A stretch of 55,053 nucleotides of DNA, taken from an uncultured bacterium. GTDB taxonomy: Bacteria; Patescibacteriota; Minisyncoccia; Phycocordibacterales; PALSA-1337. The notes beneath the pieces are model-generated. The model ran no database searches and was not told the origin of the DNA. It saw only the letters and a list, made by a program, of their open reading frames with translations. Made by a program: the position numbers and the translations under genes. Positions within the stretch are counted from its first letter, which is position 1. Each line of letters opens with the position of its first letter. Positions 9,117-20,100 of this stretch are shown here, piece after piece. The DNA lies in assembly GCA_903846945.1 (NCBI GenBank), contig CAINCE010000042.1, positions 1-55,053 on the forward strand, read 5' to 3'.

Positions 9117-10674
9117 CCGTGAAGACTACGTAGAACCCCACAACCCACCACTTTGAGAATGCTGGTAGATGCACCGATGCAAATGGAAATTTTGCAAAGT
9201 TTTCGACCATAAATAGCTCATATGAGAGCAAGAGGTGTGTCCCCCAAGCAAATACTTGCGCAACTGGTAGAGAAATCATCCCCACAGCACCTGTTAGAAA
9301 CACAAACAACATTGTTACGGGTATGAATGGCAGGACGAGGATATTTACTACCATTCCGATTATAGACAAATTTCCCATCATATAGAGGATATATGGCGAG
9401 ACGAATATCTGCGTCGCTATTGTCGCGGATACGATTCCACGCATGCCAAATTTGTCAGGTATAAACTGCAGGCGTTTTTCTATAGGTGATGCCAGCAAGA
9501 TGAGTCCCATCGTCGCGAGGAATGACAATTGGAATGAAGGATCATGAAGCAAGATCATCGGACTCTGGATCAGCATGATGAGCCCAGCAAAGATGAGTGC
9601 GCGAGACACATCATAATCACGACGGATGATGTCGGCAGATAGAGCGATCCCAGCCATAAAGCAGGATCGGACAACTGTTGCACCACCTCCGACCAATATT
9701 CCGAATAGTGCGATACCTATTCCACCTATCGAGATGCCCCACATCCTAGGCAGGAACACGAGCATTCGACGCATCGCGTCACCGACTATGGTGATATTGT
9801 AACCTGAGAGCACGACGATATGGATGAGTCCAACAGTTCTAAAGTCAGCCAATAGTTCATTGCCGAGTGCAGCCTTCTCTCCCACGACTAGTCCAGAAGC
9901 TAATGCGGCATGTGGTTCACCTAGTGTTTTCTGTAGATTGGTTACAAAATGTCTCTTAATTTGGAATAGCTTTGCAGTGATCTGGTTTGAGAGCCATTTG
10001 ATTTTACTGTTGACTATATGGATGGACCCTTGCAGACTCGAATGATCATCTTCCCCCATAATTGCTCCAGTGACCAATCCTTTATTCTCATCAGTAATTG
10101 AACTAAGATAGCTCACATCTCCATCACTTTCAATCAAATCCGGATCACCATGAGGAGTGCGAGCGGTAGCGTCGACCTCGATAGCTGCTTGCTTTGAAAC
10201 CATCGCACTTTTCATTTCATAAAATATGTCACTCTTTGCCAGATATCCCTCATAATCAAATGAGCGTCCAGGATCAGTGATATTTAAGAAGTTCATCGGC
10301 TTTAACAATTTACCTTTGAAAATGATCTGATCGTCATAATTGAACCTAGGATATGGTTTCGTCTTCATGCGAATCAAAACATCTGTTGGGCAGGCGGTCG
10401 AACGACTAGCCGATGAGCTTGCAGATTTATTGGTAGATGTATTGGTAGACGAACCGGCGATCGAGAGCGACTGAACCATGACGACGAGGAATTGGCCCGA
10501 CTCTTTCATCTCTGGTTCTTCACTTACTACACCACTTCCAGTTAGTACCTGTTTAACACACGAACCAATATTTGGCGGCTTGATGTGTAATGTTTGTGCC
10601 ACGCGGAATATAGCAGCCGCAACAAATATGCTCCAAAAGATAAATGGTCCTTTTTTCATTCTGTTCATGTACAC
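9064..10674 (-). CDS. comEC: ComEC/Rec2 competence channel protein
   Basis: Multi-TM protein with the GLIHIVVLSGYNITIV competence-domain motif. Contains a low-complexity S/T insert. Its 3' end overlaps the convergent 8499..9116 gene by 53 nt. Confidence 0.8.
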   Translation of the reverse strand: MYMNRMKKGPFIFWSIFVAAAIFRVAQTLHIKPPNIGSCVKQVLTGSGVVSEEPEMKESGQFLVVMVQSLSIAGSSTNTSTNKSASSSASRSTACPTDVLIRMKTKPYPRFNYDDQIIFKGKLLKPMNFLNITDPGRSFDYEGYLAKSDIFYEMKSAMVSKQAAIEVDATARTPHGDPDLIESDGDVSYLSSITDENKGLVTGAIMGEDDHSSLQGSIHIVNSKIKWLSNQITAKLFQIKRHFVTNLQKTLGEPHAALASGLVVGEKAALGNELLADFRTVGLIHIVVLSGYNITIVGDAMRRMLVFLPRMWGISIGGIGIALFGILVGGGATVVRSCFMAGIALSADIIRRDYDVSRALIFAGLIMLIQSPMILLHDPSFQLSFLATMGLILLASPIEKRLQFIPDKFGMRGIVSATIATQIFVSPYILYMMGNLSIIGMVVNILVLPFIPVTMLFVFLTGAVGMISLPVAQVFAWGTHLLLSYELFMVENFAKFPFASVHLPAFSKWWVVGFYVVFTVIYLLVNSYFRSHPNQD

Positions 10675-10692
10675 CCAATTGTACTCGCACGA

Positions 10693-10808
10693 GATAAAAT
10701 CCTGATAAAAAAAGTATGAAGGAATGATAAAATATTAATGAAGGAATGATAAAAAAAGGTTCAAATTTCGATAAAATAGTTATGAAGGAATGATGAAGGA
10801 AATTAATG
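10693..10808. repeat. AT-rich GATAAAA/ATGAAGGA motif array, copy set B
   Basis: Same orientation and the same 47-bp core as 8384-8430. Confidence 0.75.
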
Positions 10809-11278
10809 TTTAGGTTTCATGCATAAGCCAGGTCTCTACATTATGCATAGGTCTGACCTATACAAGTTATCCACAGGCTAGAAAACTTGCGCTTTGGCAG
10901 GTTTGTGGTACAGTTCCTTACTGCTGCTCTTTCAGGTAACGGACTGAATGAATGGCTTCAAATCAATTCAGATAGTTTACAGAGTTAAATAATATGGTAA
11001 TAACTATTATTGACGGAAAAGTCACGGGAGGTGAAGGTGTCGAAGAACTTTTAGCACTAATGTCGGCAGTCGAGAACAAAACTGCTCCCTCCATCGGTCA
11101 CGTCGATCCGGATACAGGTGATCGTGTCACGGGCAAAGATCTGGACAAGTTACCAAAATTCCTTCTCCACCCATTCGACTTGGCTTGTGCCTCCTTAGCG
11201 AGTCGCGTCCATGCCAGAGCCCCTATAGCTTTCCCGTAAACTGACCCCGCATCTTTTGTTAGATTCGCTTTTCAGTTC

Positions 11279-11317
11279 CCCCGCGTTCCAACCTATGGTA
11301 CGCGGGGTCTTCTATTT
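11279..11317 (+). terminator. Candidate intrinsic terminator ending an unassigned plus-strand transcript
   Basis: CCCCGCG-N15-CGCGGGG followed by TCTTCTATTT. Confidence 0.4.
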
Positions 11318-11322
11318 CCCCC

Positions 11323-11352
11323 TTGACTCCGCCTACCTTTTTGTGCTTTACT
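11323..11352 (+). promoter_or_regulatory. Candidate sigma-70 promoter for typA
   Basis: TTGACT (11323-11328), 18-nt spacer, TTTACT (11347-11352). It lies 35 nt upstream of the typA ATG. Confidence 0.35.
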
Positions 11353-11386
11353 AGATACATCGAGCCAACGGCTCTATTTTCATCTT

Positions 11387-13264
11387 ATGGAAATCCGCAA
11401 CATAGCTATCATCGCACACGTCGACCACGGTAAGACCACTCTTACCGACGCTATCATGACCCAATGTGGTCACGGTGACGAAGGTACCATGGACAGTAAT
11501 GCCCTCGAACAGGAGCGCGGTATCACCATATACGCAAAGAATACATCCGTTAACTACAAAGGTACCAAGATCAACATAGTCGACACCCCAGGCCACGCTG
11601 ACTTCGGTTCAGAAGTTGAGCGAGTGCTCCGTGCCATCGATGCAGTTCTACTCGTCGTCGACGCCCAGGAAGGTCCTATGCCGCAGACTCGCTTCGTCTT
11701 GAAGAAATCCCTTGAACTAGGTCTGAAGCCTATCGTCGTCATCAACAAGATCGACAAGCCAGCAGCCAATCCTGCTCGTGTGCACGACGAAGTCCTCGAG
11801 CTTTTCATGGAACTGGGTGCGCATGATTCTCAGATCGACTTCCCTACTATCTATGCTATCGGTCGCACTGGTGTCGCGAAGAAGTCCCTCACGGACGATT
11901 CGAAAGATCTCACACCACTATTAGATACTATTATTGAGTATGTTCCTGCGGCTAATGCAAAGGGTCTAGGGTTTAGGGTCGAGGGTATAGGAAGCACAAA
12001 GAAATCCGAACAAGGCCCTAAACCCTATACCCTAAACCCTATACCCTCGCTCACTGCGCAAGTATTTAACCTCGGCTATGACAACTTCCTCGGTCGTCTC
12101 GCAGTTTGCCGTATCTATTCTGGTACGATCAGAGATGGTCAAAATATATGGGTAAAGGATGTCAATGGCAAATCATTTACGGGTAAAGTGACGAAACTAT
12201 TTACATTTGAAGGAAAAAAGCGCCTCGAGACAGCGCAAGCTGAGGCGGGTGATATCGTCACCGTTGCTGGTGTTCCAGAAATATTTATTGGCGAAACCAT
12301 CACAGATAACGAGGCCACCGAGCCATTGCCAGCTATCAGTGTAGATGAACCAACCATCTCTCTACAATTCCTCGTAAACAATTCCCCATTTGCTGGAAAA
12401 GAGGGCACTTTCGTCACAGGTAGACAGATCCGCGAGAGACTCGAACGAGAACTAGAGACAAATGTCGGGCTCAAAGTTGATTTCTCCATGAATGAATTTT
12501 TTACCGTTTTTGGCCGAGGTGAACTTCACATCGGCATCTTGCTCGAGAATATGAGACGAGAAGGCTTTGAACTCCAAGTCTCTCAACCAAAGGTCATCAT
12601 CAAAGAAGAAAAAGATGCCGCGGGTAATATTACAAAAACTTTAGAGCCTTTCGAGGAAGTGATCATCGATACACCCCAAGAATTTTCTGGAACCATCATC
12701 GAAACTCTCGGCAAGCGCAAGGGTATCATGTCCAACATGACAACACATGGTAACCAAGTACGCATGGTTTTCGAGATACCAACTCGCGGACTACTAGGTT
12801 ATCGCAATGCATTTACCATCGATACGAAAGGTGAAGGCATCATGTCTAGTCGTGTCATCGGTTTTAGAGACCATGTCGGACTCATCGAGAAGCGCGAAAC
12901 AGGTTCTATGACATCGATGGTTTCTGGCAAGTCATTCGGTTTCTCATTATGGAACCTCCAGGACCGCGGCAGACTATTCATCGTTCCTGCTTCGGATATC
13001 TATGAAGGAATGGTCATCGGTGATACATCAAAGGGTGATGACCTAGAAGTAAACCCATGTAAAGGTAAGCAACTTTCTAACATGCGTTCATCTGGTAAAG
13101 ATGAAGCTCTCACATTGGTTCCACCATTTATCTTGTCGATCGAACGCGGTCTCGAACTCATGCGAGATGATGAGTACCTCGAGATTACTCCGAAAAATAT
13201 CAGACTCCGCAAGAAGTTTTTAACTGAGTTAGATAGAGCTAGGGCGAGGAGGAAGGATTTGTAA
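11387..13264 (+). CDS. typA: Translational GTPase TypA/BipA with an in-frame repeat insertion
   Basis: Motifs: [23 protein letters not shown]-terminal BipA-type region (LVPP...LEITP..IRLRK). Confidence 0.95.
   Translation: MEIRNIAIIAHVDHGKTTLTDAIMTQCGHGDEGTMDSNALEQERGITIYAKNTSVNYKGTKINIVDTPGHADFGSEVERVLRAIDAVLLVVDAQEGPMPQTRFVLKKSLELGLKPIVVINKIDKPAANPARVHDEVLELFMELGAHDSQIDFPTIYAIGRTGVAKKSLTDDSKDLTPLLDTIIEYVPAANAKGLGFRVEGIGSTKKSEQGPKPYTLNPIPSLTAQVFNLGYDNFLGRLAVCRIYSGTIRDGQNIWVKDVNGKSFTGKVTKLFTFEGKKRLETAQAEAGDIVTVAGVPEIFIGETITDNEATEPLPAISVDEPTISLQFLVNNSPFAGKEGTFVTGRQIRERLERELETNVGLKVDFSMNEFFTVFGRGELHIGILLENMRREGFELQVSQPKVIIKEEKDAAGNITKTLEPFEEVIIDTPQEFSGTIIETLGKRKGIMSNMTTHGNQVRMVFEIPTRGLLGYRNAFTIDTKGEGIMSSRVIGFRDHVGLIEKRETGSMTSMVSGKSFGFSLWNLQDRGRLFIVPASDIYEGMVIGDTSKGDDLEVNPCKGKQLSNMRSSGKDEALTLVPPFILSIERGLELMRDDEYLEITPKNIRLRKKFLTELDRARARRKDL
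11965..12048. repeat. Heptamer-arm hairpin (TAGGGTN / CCCTAWA) inside the typA reading frame
   Basis: The left arm TCTAGGGTTTAGGGTCGAGGGTATAGG pairs with the right arm CCCTAAACCCTATACCCTAAACCCTATACCCTC. The 24-nt loop is AAGCACAAAGAAATCCGAACAAGG. It is translated as [28 protein letters not shown]. Confidence 0.85.
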
Positions 13265-13276
13265 GTTTGCGCAGGC

Positions 13277-14221
13277 CTACCCTGCGCAGATTTTTGTCCT
13301 CTTTATACTCAATGCAAACGCACCAGTTCCTAGGTCGCGCCCTATTCTATGTGCAAGTGATCGCATATAGGTACCACTGGAGCATTTAACGCGTAATTTG
13401 ATCAAAGCGAATTCAATATGATTCATTTGATTTGCTATTTCTTCCGATGTGTCTGTGTGGTCCCCAGACAATAATCCCTTTTGCATCACTGGCAAAGTTG
13501 ACCAATTTTTAGTCAACTTTTGTACCCACTGCTTCTTTATCTCCTCCTGCCTAAAGTCACCCTTAACTAGATCAATTTTCTGCAATATTTTCGCCAGTAA
13601 TAGATCTGCACCGATCTTCCCACCTGACAACAAATCGATCAAATATATCTCCACTTCCTTGGTCGGCATTTCATCCTGCGTCGGCAATTCCCCGCTCCGT
13701 GCCAACTCGTGAAGCTGTTTTCCATTCACAGTCTTCGAAGAATACGGCGGGTACGGTTGAACAAATTTGCCAGTATATCTTTGAAGCCACTGTTGATTGA
13801 CAGTTTCTATTCCAGCACTGATCGCCAAGTCATTACTCTCGATCGACATCCATCTGACCTTCGATTCGCTTTTCAAATGAATTCCTGACGCGCCGATCTC
13901 ATTCGTCACAATTCCCAAAGCATCATATGTATCAGTTTCCAATCCAATTACGATCTCCACTTCATATTCCTTATCTAGCCATAAATACTTTTCCTTATCC
14001 TTACACTCTTCACCAATCAGGATAAGTAACTTCCCTTCCGCCATCGGGTCCAGTCGGCCTGCATAAGTCAGTGGCACACCTTTCCATGAATGCGTACCTA
14101 AAATCGACGCACCACTATTAGTATCATTTCCATTCTTTTCTGCCTGGATTTTCCCCAAACGAAACCTCTCCAAAGCTTCGAGTGGAGTCTCACCGACCAG
14201 TTTGTCTATGATTTGAAGCAT
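13277..14221 (-). CDS. truB: tRNA pseudouridine(55) synthase TruB
   Basis: AGRLDPMAEGKLLILIGE catalytic-Asp motif. C-terminal SSGTYMRSLAHRIG. Confidence 0.85.
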   Translation of the reverse strand: MLQIIDKLVGETPLEALERFRLGKIQAEKNGNDTNSGASILGTHSWKGVPLTYAGRLDPMAEGKLLILIGEECKDKEKYLWLDKEYEVEIVIGLETDTYDALGIVTNEIGASGIHLKSESKVRWMSIESNDLAISAGIETVNQQWLQRYTGKFVQPYPPYSSKTVNGKQLHELARSGELPTQDEMPTKEVEIYLIDLLSGGKIGADLLLAKILQKIDLVKGDFRQEEIKKQWVQKLTKNWSTLPVMQKGLLSGDHTDTSEEIANQMNHIEFALIKLRVKCSSGTYMRSLAHRIGRDLGTGAFALSIKRTKICAG

Positions 14222-14275
14222 ATTTGAATGCTAACATAACTTCCCGCTTTCCCAACTTCCTGCTATACTTTCCCC

Positions 14276-15595
14276 ATGTCCGATAAATCCAAAAAACTAA
14301 ATACCGAAGCCTACAAAGGTGTGAGGGACTTCTTCCCTGCAGATATGGCAGTGGAAAAGAGTATATTTAGCATCTGGAGAAGTGTTGCAGAAAAGTATGG
14401 TTATGAAGAATATGGCGCATCTGTTCTAGAGCCAGCTGAACTCTATCGCGCCAAGAGCGGTGAAGAGATGGTCAATGAACAGACATATACTTTCATAGAC
14501 AGAGGTGACCGCGAGGTGACACTGCGCCCAGAGATGACACCGACAGTTGCGCGTATGGTCGCAGCAAAAAAACGTGAGCTGACTTTCCCCCTCCGTTGGT
14601 ATTCCATCCCAAATCTATTCCGCTATGAGCAACCTCAGAGAGGTCGCGTACGCGAACATTGGCAGCTAAATGTCGACATCTTCGGTGTGAACTCGATAAA
14701 CGCAGAGATCGAGCTTATCAGTATCGCGTACGACATCATGCGAGCATACGGTCTCAAGGACACTGATTTTGAGATTCGCATCAACAACCGCAAGCTGATG
14801 AACTACATCACACGCGATGTATTTGGCTTGGATGAGGCGACTGCGCAAAAGGTTTCCAAATTGATAGACAAGAAAGACAAGATGAAACCTGATGACTTCA
14901 CTGTTGCTCTCATGGATATCATAAAGCCGACGATACAGGATGCTGCCAAGTTTGAGTCAGTGTTCGATAGTTTCCTCACCGTTCTCAATTCCAAGAACTT
15001 CGAAGAGTTTACCAGCCATCTACCACAAACAAAGGAAGAGCATGTCGGTCTCAAGGAGGTCCGCGAAACTATAGCCGGTCTAGAAAAACTCGGCATTACC
15101 AATGTCCGTTTCGACCAGACTCTGATGCGTGGGTTTGACTACTACACTGGTGTTGTGTTTGAAGTATTTGACCTAAATCCGGCTAACAGACGATCTGTAT
15201 TCGGTGGTGGTCGTTATGATGACCTACTAGCCCTTTTTGGTAATGAAAAGGTATCTGGAGTTGGGTTTGGAGCTGGCGATGTTATAGCGCGAGATATCAT
15301 GGAAACTTACAAAACATTGCCCGCAACAAGTGCACCAGCAGACATCGCTATCTGTGTCGTCGGTGAGCAAAACATTGCATATTCATTGGATGTTGCCCAA
15401 GGACTTCGCGCAAAAAGTACTCGTGTTTCTGTTGATCTATCAGGCAAGAAGCTCGGTGACCAGATAGGTAATGCAGACAAGCGTGGAATACTCAAAGTGA
15501 TCTGCATCGGTGATGAGGAGGTAAAGACGGGTAAATTGAGGGTCAAAGATTTGAAGAGTGGTAACGAGGAGGATATCGACACTGGGAGCTTATAA
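14276..15595 (+). CDS. hisS: Histidine--tRNA ligase
   Basis: Motifs: GVRDFFP, LRPEMTPTVARMV, RYEQPQRGRVREHWQLNVDIFG, GGGRYDDL. Confidence 0.95.
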   Translation: MSDKSKKLNTEAYKGVRDFFPADMAVEKSIFSIWRSVAEKYGYEEYGASVLEPAELYRAKSGEEMVNEQTYTFIDRGDREVTLRPEMTPTVARMVAAKKRELTFPLRWYSIPNLFRYEQPQRGRVREHWQLNVDIFGVNSINAEIELISIAYDIMRAYGLKDTDFEIRINNRKLMNYITRDVFGLDEATAQKVSKLIDKKDKMKPDDFTVALMDIIKPTIQDAAKFESVFDSFLTVLNSKNFEEFTSHLPQTKEEHVGLKEVRETIAGLEKLGITNVRFDQTLMRGFDYYTGVVFEVFDLNPANRRSVFGGGRYDDLLALFGNEKVSGVGFGAGDVIARDIMETYKTLPATSAPADIAICVVGEQNIAYSLDVAQGLRAKSTRVSVDLSGKKLGDQIGNADKRGILKVICIGDEEVKTGKLRVKDLKSGNEEDIDTGSL

Positions 15596-15636
15596 TATAA
15601 CTCTAATTGTAATTGCTTAAGTAATATGTTGAGAAA

Positions 15637-15674
15637 CATTTTCCATTTTGATTTTTCATTTTACATTTTCTATC
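15637..15674. repeat. Tandem heptamer array (CATTTTN)x5 abutting the start codon of the next gene
   Basis: Sequence is CATTTTC CATTTTG ATTTTTC ATTTTAC ATTTTCT ATC, then ATG at 15675. Confidence 0.85.
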
Positions 15675-16250
15675 ATGCGCAAAATCACCTTTGATATCGA
15701 AACGAAAAATCTATTCCAGGATGTCGGTTCCAATAATCCGACTGACCTAGATATATCCGTAGTTTGCATTCACGACTCATCGGACGATAGTTACTCCAGC
15801 TTTCTCGAAGGAGACCTAAAGAAATTATGGCCTATCATAGAGCGTGCAGATATGCTCGTGAGTTGGAATGGGGACCATTTTGATATACCCATTTTAAATA
15901 AATATTATTCTGGTGACCTTACGAAAATAAAGAGTTTAGATCTGATGCGAGAAGTTCAAAATGTACTAGGCCGACGACTTAAATTGGACAGTGTTGGTAA
16001 AACAACTCTCGGAAAGAACAAATCTGGCAACGGTCTGGATGCTGTAGAGTGGTGGAAGAATGGTGAAATAGACAAGATCATCAAATATTGTATCGAGGAT
16101 GTCCGACTCACGAAAGATCTCTACGACTTTGCCATAACGAATGGTCACTTGAAATTTAGCGATTTTGGTAACATAAAAGAGATCAAACTCGATACGACCG
16201 AGTGGGAGGTTCCACAGTCAGCGACGATGACATATACACTGCCGTTCTAG
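15675..16250 (+). CDS. RNase H-fold 3'-5' exonuclease-like protein (DEDD type)
   Basis: FDIET (Exo I), WNGDHFDIPIL (Exo II), KYCIEDV (Exo III). Start placed at MRKITF. Confidence 0.7.
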   Translation: MRKITFDIETKNLFQDVGSNNPTDLDISVVCIHDSSDDSYSSFLEGDLKKLWPIIERADMLVSWNGDHFDIPILNKYYSGDLTKIKSLDLMREVQNVLGRRLKLDSVGKTTLGKNKSGNGLDAVEWWKNGEIDKIIKYCIEDVRLTKDLYDFAITNGHLKFSDFGNIKEIKLDTTEWEVPQSATMTYTLPF

Positions 16251-16339
16251 TAATGTTGATGTTTCAAATTCGGATGTTTTCGTTGAGCATTTCGTTGAGC
16301 ACCCTTTCATGTTTGTCATCTCTAATGTAAAATGTACCC

Positions 16340-17173
16340 ATGGAAACAAAACAAACAAATGTACTCACTATCCCTGCCGCCATCGTCATCGCCGCAGCCA
16401 TAGTCGCGATCGCCATTATATATGTAAAGAGTCCTGTATCAACAGTAGCACCAGTCGCTGAGCAACCTGCTGCACAGGCGATCACAGTCAACCTCTCACC
16501 TATCATTGCAACAGATCATATCCTCGGCAATCCCAATGCACCTATCCGAGTAGTAGAATACTCAGATCCTTCTTGCCCATATTGCAAAACTTTCAATCCA
16601 ACGATGGAGGATGTAATAGCAAAATACGGTCCTACTGGAGATGTCGCATGGGTATACAGAAATTTCCCATTGGACAAGCCCGATGCAAATGGAAATATAT
16701 TACACAAAAATGCAAACCACGAATCACAAGCACTAGAATGTGCCGCTAGTGTAGGTGGTAATGAAAAGTTTTGGGCTTTTGAAAAGAAACTCTACGAGAC
16801 GACTCCATCAGTCACAGGTGCGACGCCGAACGGTCTAGATCAAACTCAATTACCTATCATTGCCAAAGCCGTCGGTATAGATGAAAAGAAGTTCAATGAA
16901 TGCCTATCATCTGGCCAATCTAGAGATGCAGTCGAAAAACAATATCTGGGTGGGGTAAATGCTGGAGTATCAGGAACACCAGCGAGCTTCTTTGTGTTGA
17001 GTAAACCAGCAGGTAAAGCCGTCACAGACTACATAGACAACGCGATCGTCACATACAGGATCCCTGCTCAACTATTCTTCATAACAGATGATAAGAAAAC
17101 CATTTCTATGAACGGTGCCATGCCAAAAGAGATGATCTTAGGACTCATCGCTACGATACAGGGTGAGAAGTAG
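16340..17173 (+). CDS. DsbA-like thiol:disulfide oxidoreductase, membrane anchored
   Basis: N-terminal TM helix and the CPYC thioredoxin-fold active site (SDPSCPYCKTF). Confidence 0.8.
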   Translation: METKQTNVLTIPAAIVIAAAIVAIAIIYVKSPVSTVAPVAEQPAAQAITVNLSPIIATDHILGNPNAPIRVVEYSDPSCPYCKTFNPTMEDVIAKYGPTGDVAWVYRNFPLDKPDANGNILHKNANHESQALECAASVGGNEKFWAFEKKLYETTPSVTGATPNGLDQTQLPIIAKAVGIDEKKFNECLSSGQSRDAVEKQYLGGVNAGVSGTPASFFVLSKPAGKAVTDYIDNAIVTYRIPAQLFFITDDKKTISMNGAMPKEMILGLIATIQGEK

Positions 17174-20100
17174 TTATACCCTTCTCAATCCACACCACTC
17201 ACATTTTGGATCATCGCAGAACGACTTCACTATTTCCCCACTCCAAACTGCATCTACGAGTGATCGAATATTGTCTATGACAGACTTTTCGTCCTGTTCG
17301 GTTATCGGCAATGAAACAGTCGGGCATCTACCTTTCGCGTCTGGTGAGACGAATACTAGAGCAGGATGTATCCGCCTACCTTTCCACCTCTTATCATCAC
17401 CAACCAAGATCTTGTAAAAGACTAGCTGACGGAAATAATTACCATCAGAATTTTTCGTTTCACCCTTTATAGCATTTTCTGACATCGCCAATTTGGTTTT
17501 ATAATCAAACACAGTTACTTCATGCCCATTATCTAATATTGCATCCAGTTTCCCGTGAATAGGAATACTGATGATCTTTTCACTCGACTCCGTATCCCCA
17601 ATCGCCCATTTCATAAATCCTAAATCGTAAATCTTAAATCTCTGTATTGATTCCACCCAACTCTCAGTCAACACCGTACTTTTCTCGTCTTTCAGTGAGA
17701 AATGCGTAGAGAGGGCTCTAGCAACGGCGGGCATATCTTCAGCAAGTTCACTCTTTGCTAGCACCTTTTCTCTAGCCGACAAAAGTGATTTACTAAAATA
17801 CGCACTCACACTATCATCCATGATCTTTTGTATCTCTGATATATCTTCAACGACCTTGCTCGAACTCGCGACAGCCGTCCACACCCTAGACAGTGCCTCG
17901 TGCATCGCAGTACCCTTTTCCGCAGCAACAGAAGGTGCTTGAGGCATCTTCAGTATACTCTGATAGATGAACTGATTTGGGCATTTCAAGAAATGATTTA
18001 GCGAAGTCACAGAAAGACCTTTCTTGGTCAATGAATTCTTCGCAATGTCCAGTATCTTTTCATCAACGATCTTCCTTTGTTTTACCCTTTCGTCTACTAT
18101 TGATTCAGCACCATCAGATTTCGAGTCTCTTCTAAAAGACTTATTCTCACCAACGGAGATGGTCATCTGCCCACCTTCTACACCTTCGATGGTTGATGTT
18201 TCCTTCTCATACAACTTCTCCGCACCAAGGCGATCCAAAGTGACCTTCTTTATATGTTTTTCATCCAATTCATCGATAAATCGTAGAGGCGTCAAAGTCT
18301 TACCATCAGACTCTTCTAATGAAGTCATAACGACAGCGTGTTTCCTAGCGCGTGTCAGAGCAACATAGAATAGTCGTCGGACATCCTTAACCTCTGACTC
18401 TGTCGTCCTCTTTTTTGGCAATACGAACGAAGCCCCCTTCGGTCTCCCTATCCACGCTTCCTCAGTCGCATACGGTATGAAGACATAGTCGAACTCGAGA
18501 CCTTTACTACCATGTGCGGTCATAGCTTGGATAGGTAGATCAGGCGCTCCGACAGAAACCTTTACCGTGCGAGTTTCCGCAGATGTGCGATATGCAAGCA
18601 ATCTTGTAATGAGTTCCGCTGGATCAGAGATCCCTCCATCTCGAGCCAATGATTCTGCCAATGACACTATACCTCTCCAAACATTTATATAGATGGGGTC
18701 ACGATCGATAACCTTCGTATATCCAGACCTTTCTCCCGCATGCACGATGAATGCGATGGGACCATGTGACAATAGTGCCGCCCTGATACTAGAGAGTCCT
18801 GGTATCTTCGTATCAAATTCGTCGAATGTGCCACTGCGAAGCTTCTTCACTATCTCCGTCCCCGTAGCAAAGTCGAGTCCCCACATGCCGACAATGATGG
18901 TGTTAGCGACGAGGTCTACCCTTGTCGGATCAACGATGTACTGTAGTAAGTCGAAAAATATCTTACCAACAGGATGATTGAATATATCTATACTCCTCTC
19001 TGAAGAAATCTTTATGCCATGAAATTCACACAATCTGATAATGCGGTCTAGGTCACGATTTCGCCTTACTATTATTGCAACTGTTGGTCTATTATTCGCC
19101 GTCGATGGATTTGCATGACTGCCAATCGGGCGTTCACCATTGAGATGCATAGTATCACTACCCAACACATCATCACTCTCGTCTCCAGTCGCCATCAATC
19201 GTCTCAATCTTTCAATTAATTGAAATTCAATAGCCGTCGTATTCTCACCAGTAATGATCTCGATCGGTTCAGCTCTCTCCTTACTTCCAGATCTCAATCT
19301 GACACGCAGATCTCGATGTTCATCTTCCTCATAATTCTTTTCGATCATACTGAAACTGCCATCCAGAATACTCTGATGAGAACGATAGTTTTGGTCCAAC
19401 TTTATCACCTCCATATTTGGCCATTTCTTTTGAAGTTTAAGGAAATTCTCTACAGACGCACCTTGGAATCTGTAGATGGCTTGTTTCTCATCTCCGACGA
19501 TAAATACATTTGGTGTGTCGAAGAATTCTGCGATGATAGATAGAATGAAGTTCTGTGCATCATTGGTATCCTGATGTTCGTCGACATGGATGTACAGATA
19601 TCTCTCTTGGATCAGTCGCAGGAGCAACTCGTCTTCTCGCAAAGCCAATAGAAGTTCAATTATAAGGTCATTGAAATCCATTCTCTTCGCTTCGCGCTTA
19701 CCTGACTCGTATGCATCATAAATATCCGCAAAAAGTAGCGTCCTTTCGAGTTTTTCGATCTGCTCCTTTGCGTCAGCTTTCAACTGACCTTTGGTAGCGC
19801 CCCGAGTCGATATGGACTCCTCATCTGTTTGAATACGCTCGATTTCTGACCGTGCAAAAGCTCTAACCATCTCTGGTGTCATCGCCTCTCGTTTTGCCTC
19901 ATCTATACCACGGATAATCCCCGAAACATATACATCCGGTTTACCAGCTGGTCGCAAATCTACAAATTTCTGGTCTTCTATTATCTTTCTGATCAATGAT
20001 TCCTGCTCTATATCCGTCATCTGCTTCACCTCATTCAAATGTAAAAAGTGATCTTGATATTCAGATATTATTGACGATGCGAAACTGTGGAATGTGTGGA

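Noticed and set aside
10867-10875. Perfect DnaA box TTATCCACA, suggesting a replication origin.
   Set aside because: It is a single isolated box, with no cluster of boxes, no adjacent AT-rich unwinding element pattern and no dnaA/dnaN nearby.
10809-11278. RNase P RNA, tmRNA or SRP RNA gene.
   Set aside because: Only a partial GGAAAAGTCAC resemblance to the RNase P P4 strand. No matching 3' P4 strand (ACAGAA..CGGCUUA), no tRNA-like T-arm/CCA end for tmRNA, and no GGAA-tetraloop/AGCAGCC SRP domain IV motif on either strand. Left as an unassigned region in the findings.
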